Positions 20,169-31,929 are shown, counted from the first letter of the stretch. The stretch: DNA of 64,000 nucleotides from Snowella sp. (GCA_035285545.1 JAYKGY010000105.1:19533-83532), one strand, 5' to 3'. Numbers and translations are program-made. The notes: a model not told the origin generated them from the letters alone.

Positions 20169-21617
20169 GTGACGGTTAGAGTTCGTATTGCTCCCAGCCC
20201 AACTGGTAATTTACATATCGGTACTGCTAGAACTGCCGTATTTAATTGGTTATTTGCGCGTCATCATGGTGGCCAATTTATTCTCCGCGTCGAAGATACC
20301 GATTTAGAGCGATCGCGCTCGGAATATACCGAAAACATCCTATCGGGACTGCGTTGGTTGGGCTTAAATTGGGATGAAGGCCCATACTTTCAAACCCAAC
20401 GGTTAGACCATTACAAAAACGCCATTCAAACCCTGCTCGATAACGGTTCCGCCTATCGCTGCTATGTCACCTCCGAAGAACTAGACGAAATGCGGGAAAA
20501 ACAAAAAGCCCAGAACCAAGCCCCCCGCTACGATAATCGCCATCGCAATTTAACGCCAGAACAACAAGCCGCCTTTGAAGCCGAGGGGAAAAAAGCCGTC
20601 ATTCGCTTCAAAATTGACGATGATCGAGAAATCGCTTGGAATGACCAGATTCGCGGCAAAATGGTTTGGAAAGGGAGTGATTTAGGGGGAGATATGGTTA
20701 TCGCTCGGACTCCCGAAAAAGAAGGGGATGCCTTCGGTCAACCGTTATACAATCTGGCTGTCGTAGTGGATGACATTGATATGACCATTACCCACGTTAT
20801 TCGGGGTGAAGACCATATTGCCAATACCGCAAAACAGATTTTACTTTACGAAGCCCTGGGCGCAAAGGTTCCCGAATTTGCCCACACCCCCTTAATTCTC
20901 AACAAAGAAGGCAAAAAACTCTCGAAACGGGATGGGGTAACCTCTATTGATGATTTCAAAAAAATGGGTTTCCTGCCAGCCGCGATCGCCAACTACATGA
21001 CCCTACTCGGTTGGACAGCCCCCGACTCTACCCAGGAAATCTTTACCCTTGCCCAAGCCGCCGAAGTCTTCAGCCTAGAGCGAGTCAACAAAGCCGGAGC
21101 TAAATTCGATTGGGATAAATTGGATTGGATCAATAGCCAATATTTACACCAGCTTCCCGCCAATGAATTAACCGATCTCCTCGTTCCCTATTGGCAAGCC
21201 GCAGGATTTGAAATTGATCTAGACCGCGATCGCGCCTGGTTAGAACCCTTAGCTGCCCTCATTGGGCCGAGTTTAACCCGTTTAACGGATGCGGAAAAAG
21301 AAAGCCACTTACTGTTTGGGGAATCCATCGAATTTCAAGCCGATGCTGTTCACCAACTGCAACAAGCAGGTGCCAAAGATGTCTTAAACAGTGTTTTAGA
21401 TGTCATCAATTCAGGTAATGCTTTAACCGAAGACACGGCCAAAGCGCAGATCAACCAAATCACCAAAACCCTGGGCGTGAAAAAAGGTGTGGTCATGAAA
21501 TCCCTACGGGCAGGCTTAATGGGCGCATTACAAGGCCCTGATTTAATTCAATCCTGGGTTTTACTAAATCAAAAAGGTTGGGACAAAACCCGCCTCAACC
21601 AAGCCTTAGCTCAATAA
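20169..21617 (+). CDS. gltX: glutamate--tRNA ligase
   Basis: [25 protein letters not shown]. Confidence 0.98.
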   Translation: MTVRVRIAPSPTGNLHIGTARTAVFNWLFARHHGGQFILRVEDTDLERSRSEYTENILSGLRWLGLNWDEGPYFQTQRLDHYKNAIQTLLDNGSAYRCYVTSEELDEMREKQKAQNQAPRYDNRHRNLTPEQQAAFEAEGKKAVIRFKIDDDREIAWNDQIRGKMVWKGSDLGGDMVIARTPEKEGDAFGQPLYNLAVVVDDIDMTITHVIRGEDHIANTAKQILLYEALGAKVPEFAHTPLILNKEGKKLSKRDGVTSIDDFKKMGFLPAAIANYMTLLGWTAPDSTQEIFTLAQAAEVFSLERVNKAGAKFDWDKLDWINSQYLHQLPANELTDLLVPYWQAAGFEIDLDRDRAWLEPLAALIGPSLTRLTDAEKESHLLFGESIEFQADAVHQLQQAGAKDVLNSVLDVINSGNALTEDTAKAQINQITKTLGVKKGVVMKSLRAGLMGALQGPDLIQSWVLLNQKGWDKTRLNQALAQ

Positions 21618-21640
21618 CTTGTTTGGAGAATCGTTAAAGG

Positions 21641-21671
21641 AAAGTCCCCCAGAATTGGGGGATTTAGGGGC
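21641..21671. repeat. cyanobacterial short palindromic repeat / bidirectional terminator
   Basis: TCCCCCAGAATTGGGGGATTTAGGGGC between convergent gltX and clpP. Confidence 0.7.
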
Positions 21672-21692
21672 TTTTAATTAGTCAATGAAGCT

Positions 21693-22289
21693 TTACACAG
21701 GGTTAGAAGCAGAAGGACGACGGTTAATGACTTGATCGATTAAGCCGTAATCTTTGGCATCTTCGGCTGACATAAAGAAATCGCGCTCGGTATCTTCGGC
21801 AATTTTGTCTAGGGGTTGACCCGTATGACTAGCTAAGTGATTATTGAGCAGACCTTTCAGATAAAGAATTTCCTTAGCTTGAATTTCGATATCAGTTGCT
21901 TGACCCTGCGCGCCGCCCAGGGGTTGGTGAATCATAATACGGGAATTGGGAAGGCTCATACGTTTGCCCTTTGCTCCTGCACTCAGCAGAAATGCGCCCA
22001 TACTCGCAGCAAGACCAATACAAATGGTGCTGACATCGGGACGGATCTGGTTCATGGTGTCAAAAATGCCCAATCCTGCCGAAACTGACCCTCCTGGGGA
22101 GTTGATATAAAGATAAATATCTTTTTCGGGGTCTTCTGCTTCTAGGAACAGTAATTGCGCCACCACTAAGTTTGCTGTGTCATCCCGTACTTCTTGCCCT
22201 AAAAAGACAATCCGTTCCCGCAACAGACGAGAGTAAATATCAAAGGCGCGATCGCCGCGACCAGACGTTTCAATAACGGTAGGAATCAT
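21693..22289 (-). CDS. clpP: ATP-dependent Clp protease proteolytic subunit
   Basis: [28 protein letters not shown]. Confidence 0.98.
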   Translation of the reverse strand: MIPTVIETSGRGDRAFDIYSRLLRERIVFLGQEVRDDTANLVVAQLLFLEAEDPEKDIYLYINSPGGSVSAGLGIFDTMNQIRPDVSTICIGLAASMGAFLLSAGAKGKRMSLPNSRIMIHQPLGGAQGQATDIEIQAKEILYLKGLLNNHLASHTGQPLDKIAEDTERDFFMSAEDAKDYGLIDQVINRRPSASNPV

Positions 22290-22520
22290 GGAGAGTCAAT
22301 TTATCCAATCGGGTTTCCTTGATTGTGCCATATTCTTTGAACCTACCGCTACCTTGGCCCTGAGATACGTCAAGATTCGAGCGAATATACAGCGGAAAAC
22401 AAAATTCTGCTGGGTTCTAGTGACAGTCACCAGCCGAAAGGACAAAAACAGGTGACGGAGGCTTTAGGGTTCGTGAAATGGCGGGTTTAAAGCATTCATA
22501 TTGATTAAACCAGTAAAAAA

Positions 22521-22874
22521 TCAACGTTTCCACCAAACTAAACCTAAAACAATTAAAGCAGGAACCGTTTGTAAAATTAACGTCGTTGGTCTCAGGGTAA
22601 AAGCCCCAAAAACGCCTGCAATAATCACACAACTGAGAAAGAAATAACGGAGTGCTAGGGATTGTTTCGCAGCCAAAGCGGCCCATACTAATCCGGCAGC
22701 AATAAAACTGTTATAAATTCCTGCATTTTGGACAATAGGCTCAGCTTGTTGGGCAACTTCTGGGGGAAAATCAAGCCGTTTTTCTAAGAAATAAGCACCA
22801 AAGAAAATTTCGGCGATCGCCAATCCGAAATGAATAACGGCAATCAAGAGAACCCCTAAGCGAGTGATATTCAT
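22521..22874 (-). CDS. DUF1304-family membrane protein
   Basis: H..LAIAE, NAGIYNSFIAAGL, AGVFGAFT, QTVPAL; AAGGAG RBS. Confidence 0.8.
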   Translation of the reverse strand: MNITRLGVLLIAVIHFGLAIAEIFFGAYFLEKRLDFPPEVAQQAEPIVQNAGIYNSFIAAGLVWAALAAKQSLALRYFFLSCVIIAGVFGAFTLRPTTLILQTVPALIVLGLVWWKR

Positions 22875-22938
22875 GATTTTCTCCTTTTTAGCAGCAATAA
22901 TCGATAGCTACTACTGTATAGGATGTTTTCTGCTCTAA

Positions 22939-23156
22939 TCGGTCGGAAAAAAGTCTGATCTTTGGAATATCGGTTTTTATCGGAAAAAGTCGGAAAGTCG
23001 TGTTTTGAAGCTCAATATCATCAGGAAGCCTACTAGCAAGCCCAATTGCAATTAATATACTCAACCCCTATACCTTTGTTGCTCAGAAAACGGTCTAGTT
23101 TTTCATAACAGTTTTTCTGATTGACTGAATATCGGTTTTTGGGGGAAAAAGTGGGG
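22939..23156. promoter_or_regulatory. phased TCGG repeats and a duplicated 30-bp motif in divergent promoter
   Basis: TCGG at 22939, 22943, 22970, 22980, 22990; 22965..22994 and 23127..23156 share 25/30 bp. Confidence 0.55.
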
Positions 23157-23242
23157 AATTGCTGGCTAGAGCTAAACCACTATAAAGAATCCTCTATTAT
23201 TAACTCAAGATCTGAATCTATGTATCTATCGGTACTCGCTTT

Positions 23243-26200
23243 ATGGACATTCAAACTGCGTTGGTCTGGTTAGAAAAAACCCTTGCGCCTCAAAGTCTGA
23301 ATAAAATTCAGAGATTAGTGTTAGAAGAAACGCTAAAAGGCTCGTCCTATAAGGTGATGGCTGATCAGCACAATTACGCTGAGGGGTATCTCAAAGATAC
23401 GGGATCGCAATTATGGGAAATGTTATCCAAAGCGATCGGTCAGCCGATCAATAAGCAAAATTTAAGGGGTTTTCTCTATCAGGTAGAACTGGAAACGGAA
23501 TCCCAAAAGCGAGTTGATTGGGGAGACGCGATTGATGTGAGTTTTTTTTATGGTCGAGAGCAGGAACGGGAACTCTTAACACAATGGATCATTCGCGATC
23601 GCTGTCGTTTGGTGGGGATCTTTGCCTTTGGGGGAACGGGAAAAACGTCCTTATCGGTAAAAATTGCTCAGGAATTAGAAGCCCAATTTGATGCTATTTT
23701 CTGGCGAAGTTTACGGGATGCGCCCCCTTTAAGTGAACTATTACCAACTTTATTGAAATTTTTAGCCCAAGATCTCAACTTTAAAGTTCCCGACACCTTA
23801 TCGGAGCAAACCAAAAGCTTAATTCAATTTCTACAAAAGCAAAAAACGTTAATTGTTTTAGATAATTTTGATGCCTTATTTTCAGTTAATAAAAAAGCCT
23901 CTCATTATCGAGCAGACTATGAAAATTATGGAGACTGGTTAACTCAGTTAGGTGAAGTCATTCACCAAAGTTGTATTTTATTAACTTCCCGTGAAAAACC
24001 AGTTGAAATCACTGCCCTAGAAGGCGATCGCTTACCCGTCAGAAGTTTAAACTTAAAAGGATTAGATTATAACTCAGGACAAATCCTATTACAGAATAAG
24101 GGACTCGTACTCAGCCTAGAAAATGCTCAAAAAATCATTGATCGCTATCAAGGGAATCCCTTAGCCTTAAAGATTACAGCAACTGCCGTTCAAAATTTAT
24201 TGGGGGCTGATATACAAAGCATTGTGTCCGAACAGGTTGCGGTTTTTACCGGAATTAGTAGCTTAATTGATAAACAAATCCAGCGTTTAAGTCATTTAGA
24301 AAAATCCCTGATGTTTTGGATTGCCATTAACCGAGATCCCATCACGTTAGAAGATTTAAAGCAAGATATTTTTCCCTCTATTACCCTATCGACTTTATTA
24401 GAAACCTTAGAATCTTTGCAAAGACGGTCTTTGGTAGAAGGAAGTCAGTTGGGAATTACGCAACAGCCCGTGATTATGGAGTTTGTTACGGAGCAATTTA
24501 TTCAGCAGATTAGCCAGGAAATTATTACTAAAAAGTTAGATTTTTTGCGTACTCATTCCTTAATTAAAGCAACGAGTAAGGATTATATTCGAGAAAGTCA
24601 ATCCCGTGTTATTTTAATTCCGATTATTAATAATTTATTCCTCCACTTTGATACCCAATCAGCGATTCAAAATCATTTAACGCATCTAATCCAGGTTTTA
24701 CAAACTCACTATAGGACGGAAAGTAATTATGCCGCAGGAAATTTATTTAATCTTTTACGGCAACTCAAAATTGATCTAACGAATTATGATTTCTCCCAAC
24801 TGACCCTCCGTCAAGCCTATCTTCAAGACACCAATTTACCTGGGGTTAATTTTTCAGATTCAGAATTAAAAGATTGCGTTTTAGCCGAAACCTTTGGTGG
24901 AATTACCTGCGTTACCTTTAGTCAGGATGGAGCCTGGCTTGCCACCAGTGATACGAATGGAGAATTACAAATTTGGGATAGTCGCAATTTCCAACAATTA
25001 ACCCGTTGCCAAGGACATATTCATTGGGTTTGGTCAGTTTGCTTTAGCCGCGATCGCGCTCTCTTGGCCAGTGGGGGGCAGGATCAAACCGTCCGACTGT
25101 GGGATACCTATACGGGGCAAAGTTTACAGGTTTTAACGGGACATCAGGGAATTGTCACTTCCGTTGCCATGAGTCCGGATGATCAAATGTTGGCCAGTAG
25201 CAGTCAGGATCAGACGGTGAAATTATGGAAACTCAAAACGGGAGAATGTTGGCAAACGTTAGCAGGTCATCAAGGTTGCGTTTGGTCGGTGAAATTTAGT
25301 CCCGATGGTCAGACGGTATTCACTGCCTCAGAAGATGGTACGGTGAAACAATGGCAGGTTGCTACGGGGAAATGTCTCCAAACCTTTACGGGTCATGACT
25401 ATTGGGTCTGGTCGGTAGCGGTTAGCCCGGATGGCCAGTATTTAGCCAGTAGCAGTTTTGATCGCACGATTCGGCTGTGGGATTTGGTATCAGGGGAATG
25501 TGTGCAAATTTTACGGGGACATACCCAACCCATAACGGCGATCGCCTTTAGTCCTGAGGGAAAACGTTTAGCCAGTGCCAGTTACGACCAAACCGTAAGA
25601 CTCTGGGAGATTCCAACAGGGGATTGTCAGCAAATCCTCGCCAAACATAGCAGCCGAGTCTGGTCAGTCGCCTTTCATCCCGATGGGCAACGTTTAGTGA
25701 GTGGGGGCGATGATCATGCCACTTGCATTTGGCAACTGCGTTCAGGGGATTGTGTGAAAACCATTAAGGGTCATAGTAATTGTGTTTACTCGCTGGCCTT
25801 AAGTCCTGATGGAAAGACCCTCGCGACTGCCCACGAAAGCCAAGTGATTAATCTCTGGGATGTGCAAGATCCCCAGGTTCCGCCTCACTTACTGCAAACC
25901 TTACGAGGTCATCACAATCGCATTTTTTCGGTCATCTTTAGCCTCGATGGGGAAATGGTGATCAGTAGTAGCGGCGATCGCACCATTAAAATTTGGCAAC
26001 GCAGTACGGGGAGATGTTTACAAACCCTAGAAGGGCATCAAAGTTGGGTGTGGTCAGTGGCAATCAGCCCTAATGGTCAAACCCTAGCCAGTGGCAGTTA
26101 CGATCACACGATTAAACTCTGGGATCTGGCTTCAGGAAAGAATATCGCCACCTTATTGGGCCATCCCAGTTCGATTCTGGTCGTAAAATTTAGCCCTGAC

Positions 26201-26758
26201 GGTCGGATCTTAGCCAGCGGGGGCTACGATCAAGTGATTAAACTATGGGATCTAGAAACCCAAACCTGTTGCCAAACCCTCAATGCTCACGGTAACCGCG
26301 TTTGGAGTCTCGACTTTAGCCCCAGTGGTGACTATTTAGCGACGGCGGGGGATGATGGGATATTGAAACTCTGGGATTGGCAAACGGGAGAGTGCTTACA
26401 GACACTGAAGAGTCACAGCAGTCAGGTGTTAACAGTTCGATTTTTGGACACTGAGCATCTGTTGAGTTGTAGCGGCGACAATACCATTAAATATTGGCAA
26501 CTTTCGACAGGAGAATGCCTTGCGACGTTTACGGGGCATGAAAATTGGGTCTGGTCGATTCAACCCCATCCTGATCAGGTGCGACTTTTTAGTGGTAGCA
26601 ATGACGAAATGATCAAGGTTTGGAATTTAACAGAAAATAACTGTCAGCACAGTGTACGAATGTCCCGTCCCTATGAAAATTTAATGATTAGGAATATTCG
26701 GGGTTTAACCGATGCTCAACGGGCGACGCTTTTAGCCCTGGGAGCCAAAGAAAAATAA
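23243..26758 (+). CDS. HTH (VMAP-M9-like) + NB-ARC/NACHT + pentapeptide + WD40-repeat protein
   Basis: N-terminal LNKIQRLVL..SY..MA..YLKDTGSQLW; FYGREQE, GGTGKT, IVLDN, TSRE, GNPLAL; about 14 GH..WD repeats; RPYENL. Confidence 0.92.
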   Translation: MDIQTALVWLEKTLAPQSLNKIQRLVLEETLKGSSYKVMADQHNYAEGYLKDTGSQLWEMLSKAIGQPINKQNLRGFLYQVELETESQKRVDWGDAIDVSFFYGREQERELLTQWIIRDRCRLVGIFAFGGTGKTSLSVKIAQELEAQFDAIFWRSLRDAPPLSELLPTLLKFLAQDLNFKVPDTLSEQTKSLIQFLQKQKTLIVLDNFDALFSVNKKASHYRADYENYGDWLTQLGEVIHQSCILLTSREKPVEITALEGDRLPVRSLNLKGLDYNSGQILLQNKGLVLSLENAQKIIDRYQGNPLALKITATAVQNLLGADIQSIVSEQVAVFTGISSLIDKQIQRLSHLEKSLMFWIAINRDPITLEDLKQDIFPSITLSTLLETLESLQRRSLVEGSQLGITQQPVIMEFVTEQFIQQISQEIITKKLDFLRTHSLIKATSKDYIRESQSRVILIPIINNLFLHFDTQSAIQNHLTHLIQVLQTHYRTESNYAAGNLFNLLRQLKIDLTNYDFSQLTLRQAYLQDTNLPGVNFSDSELKDCVLAETFGGITCVTFSQDGAWLATSDTNGELQIWDSRNFQQLTRCQGHIHWVWSVCFSRDRALLASGGQDQTVRLWDTYTGQSLQVLTGHQGIVTSVAMSPDDQMLASSSQDQTVKLWKLKTGECWQTLAGHQGCVWSVKFSPDGQTVFTASEDGTVKQWQVATGKCLQTFTGHDYWVWSVAVSPDGQYLASSSFDRTIRLWDLVSGECVQILRGHTQPITAIAFSPEGKRLASASYDQTVRLWEIPTGDCQQILAKHSSRVWSVAFHPDGQRLVSGGDDHATCIWQLRSGDCVKTIKGHSNCVYSLALSPDGKTLATAHESQVINLWDVQDPQVPPHLLQTLRGHHNRIFSVIFSLDGEMVISSSGDRTIKIWQRSTGRCLQTLEGHQSWVWSVAISPNGQTLASGSYDHTIKLWDLASGKNIATLLGHPSSILVVKFSPDGRILASGGYDQVIKLWDLETQTCCQTLNAHGNRVWSLDFSPSGDYLATAGDDGILKLWDWQTGECLQTLKSHSSQVLTVRFLDTEHLLSCSGDNTIKYWQLSTGECLATFTGHENWVWSIQPHPDQVRLFSGSNDEMIKVWNLTENNCQHSVRMSRPYENLMIRNIRGLTDAQRATLLALGAKEK

Positions 26759-27048
26759 TCAATTATTTTGATAAATGCTTAAACCTTCTCAGGTCAGGAT
26801 TTTTTTAGAATTAGAATATCATCCCCCTTTTTAAGATTTCCGCCGTCTCCTAGTTGCGTCTTTTGAATCTTGATGAGAAGCTGATAACAAATTCAACAGA
26901 ACACATTTAGCGAATCCCTCTGCCTATGGCTTCTCTCCTTTGAAAAAAGCTAGGGGGATAATATTGAGAATCCTATTGGCATATAAATCAAATTAATTGG
27001 GTATTAGTAATACTTTATGGTTTCATTTTTAGGTAGAATGGCTATTTT

Positions 27049-28500
27049 ATGATTTCCTCGTTTAATTCTATATACTTGCAGCAAAATCATACAGAGGATA
27101 AAAGGCTTAAAACGATAGTTATAGATGGTGTTTTTTTTCAAATTCATCAAACCGGAATTGCTCGTGTTTGGCGATCGCTGTTAGAAGAATGGCAAAAATC
27201 AGGATTTGCCCGCCATATTGTGGTGTTAGACCGCAATCAAACTGCCCCTAAATTTGAAGGAATCCGCTATTATTCCATTCCTGCCTATGGATTTCATGAA
27301 GCTGCTTTAGAATGCAAACGATTACAAAAAGTTTGTGATCAAGTAAATGCTGATTTATTTCTCTCAACTTATTATACAACGCCAATTTTTACACCTTCTA
27401 TCTTGATGGTTCATGATATGATCCCTGAAGTGATTGGGCTAGATTTAACGGAATTATGTTGGCAAGAAAAACATTATTCTATTCTTCATGCGGCTAAATA
27501 TATCGCAGTTTCTCACAATACAGCGAAAGATTTAATCCGATTTTATCCTCATATTACGAAAAATTTAATTTATGTTATTAATAATGGAATCGATCAAGGC
27601 TTTTATCCCCAAAATATTGATAGTATCGAAAATTTCAAAATACGATTTAATATTCAGCTTCCCTATTTTATTTTAGTCGGGTTCCGCTTAGGTTTAAAAA
27701 ACTATAAAAATACCATTCTTTTATTTAATGCGTTAAAACATCATTTCATCAAAGATATTGCCATTGTCTGTGTGGGAGGGGAGCCTGAACTAGAACCTGA
27801 GTTGGGTTCATTATTAACAGACATTCCTGTTTATTTATTATCCTTAACTGAAGAAGACTTAAGAGCAGCCTATTCAGGCGCGATCGCGTTAATTTATCCA
27901 TCTTTATATGAAGGGTTTGGGCTACCGATTGTAGAGGCGATGGCCTGTGGTTGTCCGGTGATCACTTGCCGTAATTCGTCCTTACCGGAAGTTGCAGGCG
28001 ATGCGGCTTTATACGTGGATGAGTACGATGTTAACGAGATGATAACGGCCTTGAAGCAAGTTCAAATCCCTGAAGTTCGTCAAAAAATGATTGCAGAAGG
28101 ATTAAAGCAAGCACAAAAGTTTTCTTGGTCAAAAATGGCAGACGCGATCGCAAAGCTTTGTTTAGAAACGGTGCAAGAATTTAGGGAAAATCCTTACAAA
28201 AATGCTCAAGGAAATTTGATCTGGCAAGAATTTAGACAATTACAAATCGAGCAACAAGAACAAGCAAGTTTAGCGGAACAAAAAATTCAATCGTTAGAAG
28301 AAACTATTAATCAATTACAGCAACAATGCCAAGATTCATTACAAAAAACTGAAGAATTAAACCGAAAAATCATTAATGTATCGCCTTTAAAATCAAAAAT
28401 TAAAAAACTTTTGAAGTATGTAATTAGTCAATTTGGGATAGATCCGCATCAGATAAAAACTATTTTTAAGAAAAATCTACAAAAAAGAAAAGAGCCTTGA
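27049..28500 (+). CDS. glycosyltransferase family 4 with C-terminal coiled coil
   Basis: [38 protein letters not shown]. Confidence 0.9.
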   Translation: MISSFNSIYLQQNHTEDKRLKTIVIDGVFFQIHQTGIARVWRSLLEEWQKSGFARHIVVLDRNQTAPKFEGIRYYSIPAYGFHEAALECKRLQKVCDQVNADLFLSTYYTTPIFTPSILMVHDMIPEVIGLDLTELCWQEKHYSILHAAKYIAVSHNTAKDLIRFYPHITKNLIYVINNGIDQGFYPQNIDSIENFKIRFNIQLPYFILVGFRLGLKNYKNTILLFNALKHHFIKDIAIVCVGGEPELEPELGSLLTDIPVYLLSLTEEDLRAAYSGAIALIYPSLYEGFGLPIVEAMACGCPVITCRNSSLPEVAGDAALYVDEYDVNEMITALKQVQIPEVRQKMIAEGLKQAQKFSWSKMADAIAKLCLETVQEFRENPYKNAQGNLIWQEFRQLQIEQQEQASLAEQKIQSLEETINQLQQQCQDSLQKTEELNRKIINVSPLKSKIKKLLKYVISQFGIDPHQIKTIFKKNLQKRKEP

Positions 28501-28620
28501 AAAAGATACGTTTATTAAATTTTAAACAATTAGCCGATTTTATTGAACATTAAATAAAAAGTATTCAAGCTCCCTTTACAATATAAATGAATAATTTCTC
28601 AATTTTTCAAAACAACCTTA

Positions 28621-29883
28621 ATGCAATCTGTTGATATTCTCATTCTGTCTAATGGGCCTGGCGAAATTACAACTTGGGTGCGTCCTGTCGTAACAGCCTT
28701 ACGCCATCAATTGGGAACGGATTCGACAGCAGTAAGAATTTCCGTGATCCTTTCTCCTTGCCCCCATGCGACGGGTAAAGAAGCCGCGATCGCCGCGAGT
28801 TATCCAGAAGTGGATCGGGTACAAAGCAGTGAACATTTCTTTGATTTTTTACTGTGGGGGAAAACGGCAGAAAACTGGGATTGGAGAGAAACGGGAGTCG
28901 TTTTATTTTTAGGGGGAGATCAGGTTTTTCCCCTGGTAATCGGGAAACGCTTGGGGTATCGCACCGTGATCTATGCCGAGTGGGAAGCCCGCTGGTATCG
29001 GTGGGTTGATGCCTTTGGGGTGATGAATGAGTCGGTTTGGCAAAACGTTCCAGAAAATTATCGACACAAATTAACGATAACGGGAGACTTGATGGCGGAT
29101 GTTTCCCAATCCTCAATTCAGGCAGATCCCCATTTTCCCATCATTGGTTTGTTACCCGGATCGAAAGCCGGAAAACTGACCCAGGGAGTCCCCTTTGTCT
29201 TAGCGATCGCCGAAAAAATTGCCCAATGCAAACCCGAAACCCGTTTTATTATCCCCGTTGCGCCGACATTAGATCTCGAAACCCTCGCCCGCTATGCCAA
29301 CCCAGATTTGAACCCATTAGTCAAAAAAATGGGCAATGTGAGCGGAGAATTAGTAATCCAAGCCGAAAAAGTTCTGATTAAAACGTCAGGCGGCTTAAGC
29401 ATTGAATTAGTCACCCAATTTCCGGCCCATGAGGTTATCAGTCAATTCACCTTGGCGTTAACAACCGTTGGAGCCAATACCGCCGAATTGGGTTCGTTAG
29501 CCATTCCCATGATTGTATTATTGCCGACTCAACAATTGGATGCCATGCGCTCTTGGGATGGGTTGCCTGGGGTCTTAGCTCGTCTGCCTGGGGTGGGAAC
29601 TGCTTTTGCGAAGTTAATTAATGGTTGGATGATTAAACAAAAGCGACTCTATGCCTGGCCCAATATTTGGGCAAAGTCGGAAATTGTGCCTGAATTAATC
29701 GGAGAATTAAAACCTGAAGAAGTCGCAGATAAGGTAATTCATTGGCTCGATCATCCCGACCAGTTAGCCCAAATCCGCGATCGCCTGATACAAGTACGGG
29801 GAAAACCAGGGGCAGCCACCGCGATCGCCAATCTCGTCCAACAGCAATTAACTAGCCCGACAAACCAGAAGTTTGAAGATTAA
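28621..29883 (+). CDS. lipid-A-disaccharide synthase-related protein (cyanobacterial LpxB-like)
   Basis: LSNGPGE, FLGGDQ, LLPGSK, GANTAEL, AWPN. Confidence 0.8.
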   Translation: MQSVDILILSNGPGEITTWVRPVVTALRHQLGTDSTAVRISVILSPCPHATGKEAAIAASYPEVDRVQSSEHFFDFLLWGKTAENWDWRETGVVLFLGGDQVFPLVIGKRLGYRTVIYAEWEARWYRWVDAFGVMNESVWQNVPENYRHKLTITGDLMADVSQSSIQADPHFPIIGLLPGSKAGKLTQGVPFVLAIAEKIAQCKPETRFIIPVAPTLDLETLARYANPDLNPLVKKMGNVSGELVIQAEKVLIKTSGGLSIELVTQFPAHEVISQFTLALTTVGANTAELGSLAIPMIVLLPTQQLDAMRSWDGLPGVLARLPGVGTAFAKLINGWMIKQKRLYAWPNIWAKSEIVPELIGELKPEEVADKVIHWLDHPDQLAQIRDRLIQVRGKPGAATAIANLVQQQLTSPTNQKFED

Positions 29884-30014
29884 AAATTAAAGCAGACAGA
29901 CCCCATAACAGACAAACAAAATCAAGCTCAACCATGACACGGTGAGAACGCTCAATGCTAAGATACCTCAAGAAATCCCCTTACTTAGCTAATTGAAGCC
30001 CTGTAACATTGGTC

Positions 30015-30707
30015 ATGCCATACTCAATCCATCATTTTCTCTCTCGTGGGGGGCGTGCTTTACTCCCACTAACCCTTGCCTTCTCCATGACCTTACCGAG
30101 TCAGGCGCAAACGGATAGGACAGCGATTTTATTGGCGCAATCTCAACCCAATGCCCAGTCTAGACCGGCTCCTCAAACCAATCCCCCAGTCATTGACCCC
30201 GCTGAGCTTTCCCCTGAACAGATTGATCCCGATGATCCCAATGATTTTCGTCCCCTTAGTCAATCCGAAAGTTTACTCAGCCTAGCTGCTGGGCAACGGT
30301 TGATGAATGAAGCCATCCAAGCCATTAATGCGGAGAGATACGATATTGCCATTGACAAGTTGCAACAGGCTCGCAAAATTTTTAATCAACTTTCCAATTT
30401 TCATCTTCAATTAGCCAATAGTTTTTCAGGGATTGATCCCAAAGTTTTTGAAGCCGAACGCACTGAAGCCCTCAAAACAGGTCAGGTTCGGGATGATGCG
30501 ACCTATAAACTCGCCTTGGTTCACCGCGCAAAAAATCAGCCGGAATTAGCGGTTCCTTTATTAATTCAAGTCATTCGCTCTCAAAACCCGACGACGGATT
30601 TAGGACGAAAATCCTATCAACAACTCTATGAGCTAGGATTCGTGGATATTCCCTTTAATCCACCTGGTTCGGGAACTTCGGGAACACCGACACCCCCCAA
30701 GCCATAA
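30015..30707 (+). CDS. conserved exported helical (TPR-like) protein
   Basis: Signal peptide AQA; LALVHRAKNQPELAVPLLIQVIRSQNPT. Confidence 0.8.
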   Translation: MPYSIHHFLSRGGRALLPLTLAFSMTLPSQAQTDRTAILLAQSQPNAQSRPAPQTNPPVIDPAELSPEQIDPDDPNDFRPLSQSESLLSLAAGQRLMNEAIQAINAERYDIAIDKLQQARKIFNQLSNFHLQLANSFSGIDPKVFEAERTEALKTGQVRDDATYKLALVHRAKNQPELAVPLLIQVIRSQNPTTDLGRKSYQQLYELGFVDIPFNPPGSGTSGTPTPPKP

Positions 30708-30879
30708 ATTCAATCCTTACTTGAGTCATCCGTTAGCTATTGTTCGCCCTTGACTAACCAAAGGAATTCGGTCGTCCGCGATCGCTGATGGACTGAACCA
30801 ACCATTTGACCTAACCTTCTCTCGGAAAATCGGTCACAATAAATTGCAGTAACTAAAAATTGATTTACCGACTCCCTCT

Positions 30880-31137
30880 ATGATTACCCTTAATCAAGTT
30901 GAAACCCTAATCAAGACTCAATTGCCTGACGCAAAAGTGATTGTTAATGACTTAGGTGGGGGCGACCATCTCGAAGCGGTTGTCGTTTCCTCAGAATTTA
31001 TCGGCAAAACCCTCATTAAACAGCACCAGCTCGTATACGGAGCCTTAAAAGACGCAATGGCAACGGAAGCCATCCATGCCCTCGCCTTAAAAACCTATAC
31101 CCCAGAAGCCTGGCAAGAAGCAGGACAAACCATCTAA
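30880..31137 (+). CDS. bolA: BolA family protein
   Basis: [26 protein letters not shown]. Confidence 0.95.
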   Translation: MITLNQVETLIKTQLPDAKVIVNDLGGGDHLEAVVVSSEFIGKTLIKQHQLVYGALKDAMATEAIHALALKTYTPEAWQEAGQTI

Positions 31138-31214
31138 GGTTAGAATAAAAAAACAATTTTGTTGTTTATCTCAATTTAAACGTATTCTTTATTGATTGAG
31201 CATCGATCGCCACT

Positions 31215-31553
31215 ATGACCCCATCTACCCTGCCAGAAGACGTGAAAGCCCGTATCGATCAGCTAATTGCTGACCATAAAATTCTCGTGTTTATGAAAGG
31301 CACGAAATTAATGCCTCAGTGCGGCTTTTCTAATAATGTCGTACAGATTTTAAATAGGTTAGGCGTGACCTACGAAACAATTGATGTGTTATCGGATTAC
31401 GAAATTCGCCAAGGAATTAAAGAATATTCCAACTGGCCCACCATTCCCCAGGTCTACATCAACGGAGAATTTGTCGGGGGTTCCGACATCATGATTGAAA
31501 TGTACCAGAATGGAGAATTGCAACAAATGGTCGAAGTGGCTCTCGCTTCCTAG
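31215..31553 (+). CDS. grxD: monothiol glutaredoxin Grx4
   Basis: FMKG..PQCGFS, WPTIPQ, GGSD. Confidence 0.97.
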   Translation: MTPSTLPEDVKARIDQLIADHKILVFMKGTKLMPQCGFSNNVVQILNRLGVTYETIDVLSDYEIRQGIKEYSNWPTIPQVYINGEFVGGSDIMIEMYQNGELQQMVEVALAS

Positions 31554-31593
31554 TCCAAAATTTTAAGTGGGAAAGTTAAAATCTAAAAAGTTA

Positions 31594-31632
31594 GGGGTAG
31601 GCATTTTTTCTCTGTAAGAAACCTACCCTTTT
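31594..31632. terminator. hairpin between convergent genes
   Basis: GGGTAGG...CCTACCC followed by T run. Confidence 0.5.
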
Positions 31633-31656
31633 TGCTAATCATACACACCGTTCAAG

Positions 31657-31929
31657 TTAGCGATAATCATAATCCAATTCGGTTTGGGGCTGGAATCGAG
31701 ACCAATCTTCAAAATTTGATGGATCCCTAAGAAAAGCTTGAGCTTCTTCTTCAAGCCGATGGATCAGATAGGGTTCTGTGGTATTGCTGTGGCGGAGTGC
31801 CGCTAGATAGCCTTCGAGGTAGAGACGAAGTTCCTCCATCCGTTGACCGCGATGCCATAAATCCACCATAGCGTCTGTTAGCTTTTGGTAATAACGAATG
31901 ATTTGGGGGTCTTGTAGCATAGTTGGCAA
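31657..31929 (-). CDS. conserved cyanobacterial protein (DUF6761-like)
   Basis: MLQD..IRYYQKLTDAMV..YLEGYLAALR; usual divergent neighbour of nrrA. Confidence 0.75.
   Translation of the reverse strand: MPTMLQDPQIIRYYQKLTDAMVDLWHRGQRMEELRLYLEGYLAALRHSNTTEPYLIHRLEEEAQAFLRDPSNFEDWSRFQPQTELDYDYR

Noticed and set aside
24900..26650. Regularly spaced repeats of about 126 bp
   Set aside because: Coding WD40 repeats, not a CRISPR array; no cas genes
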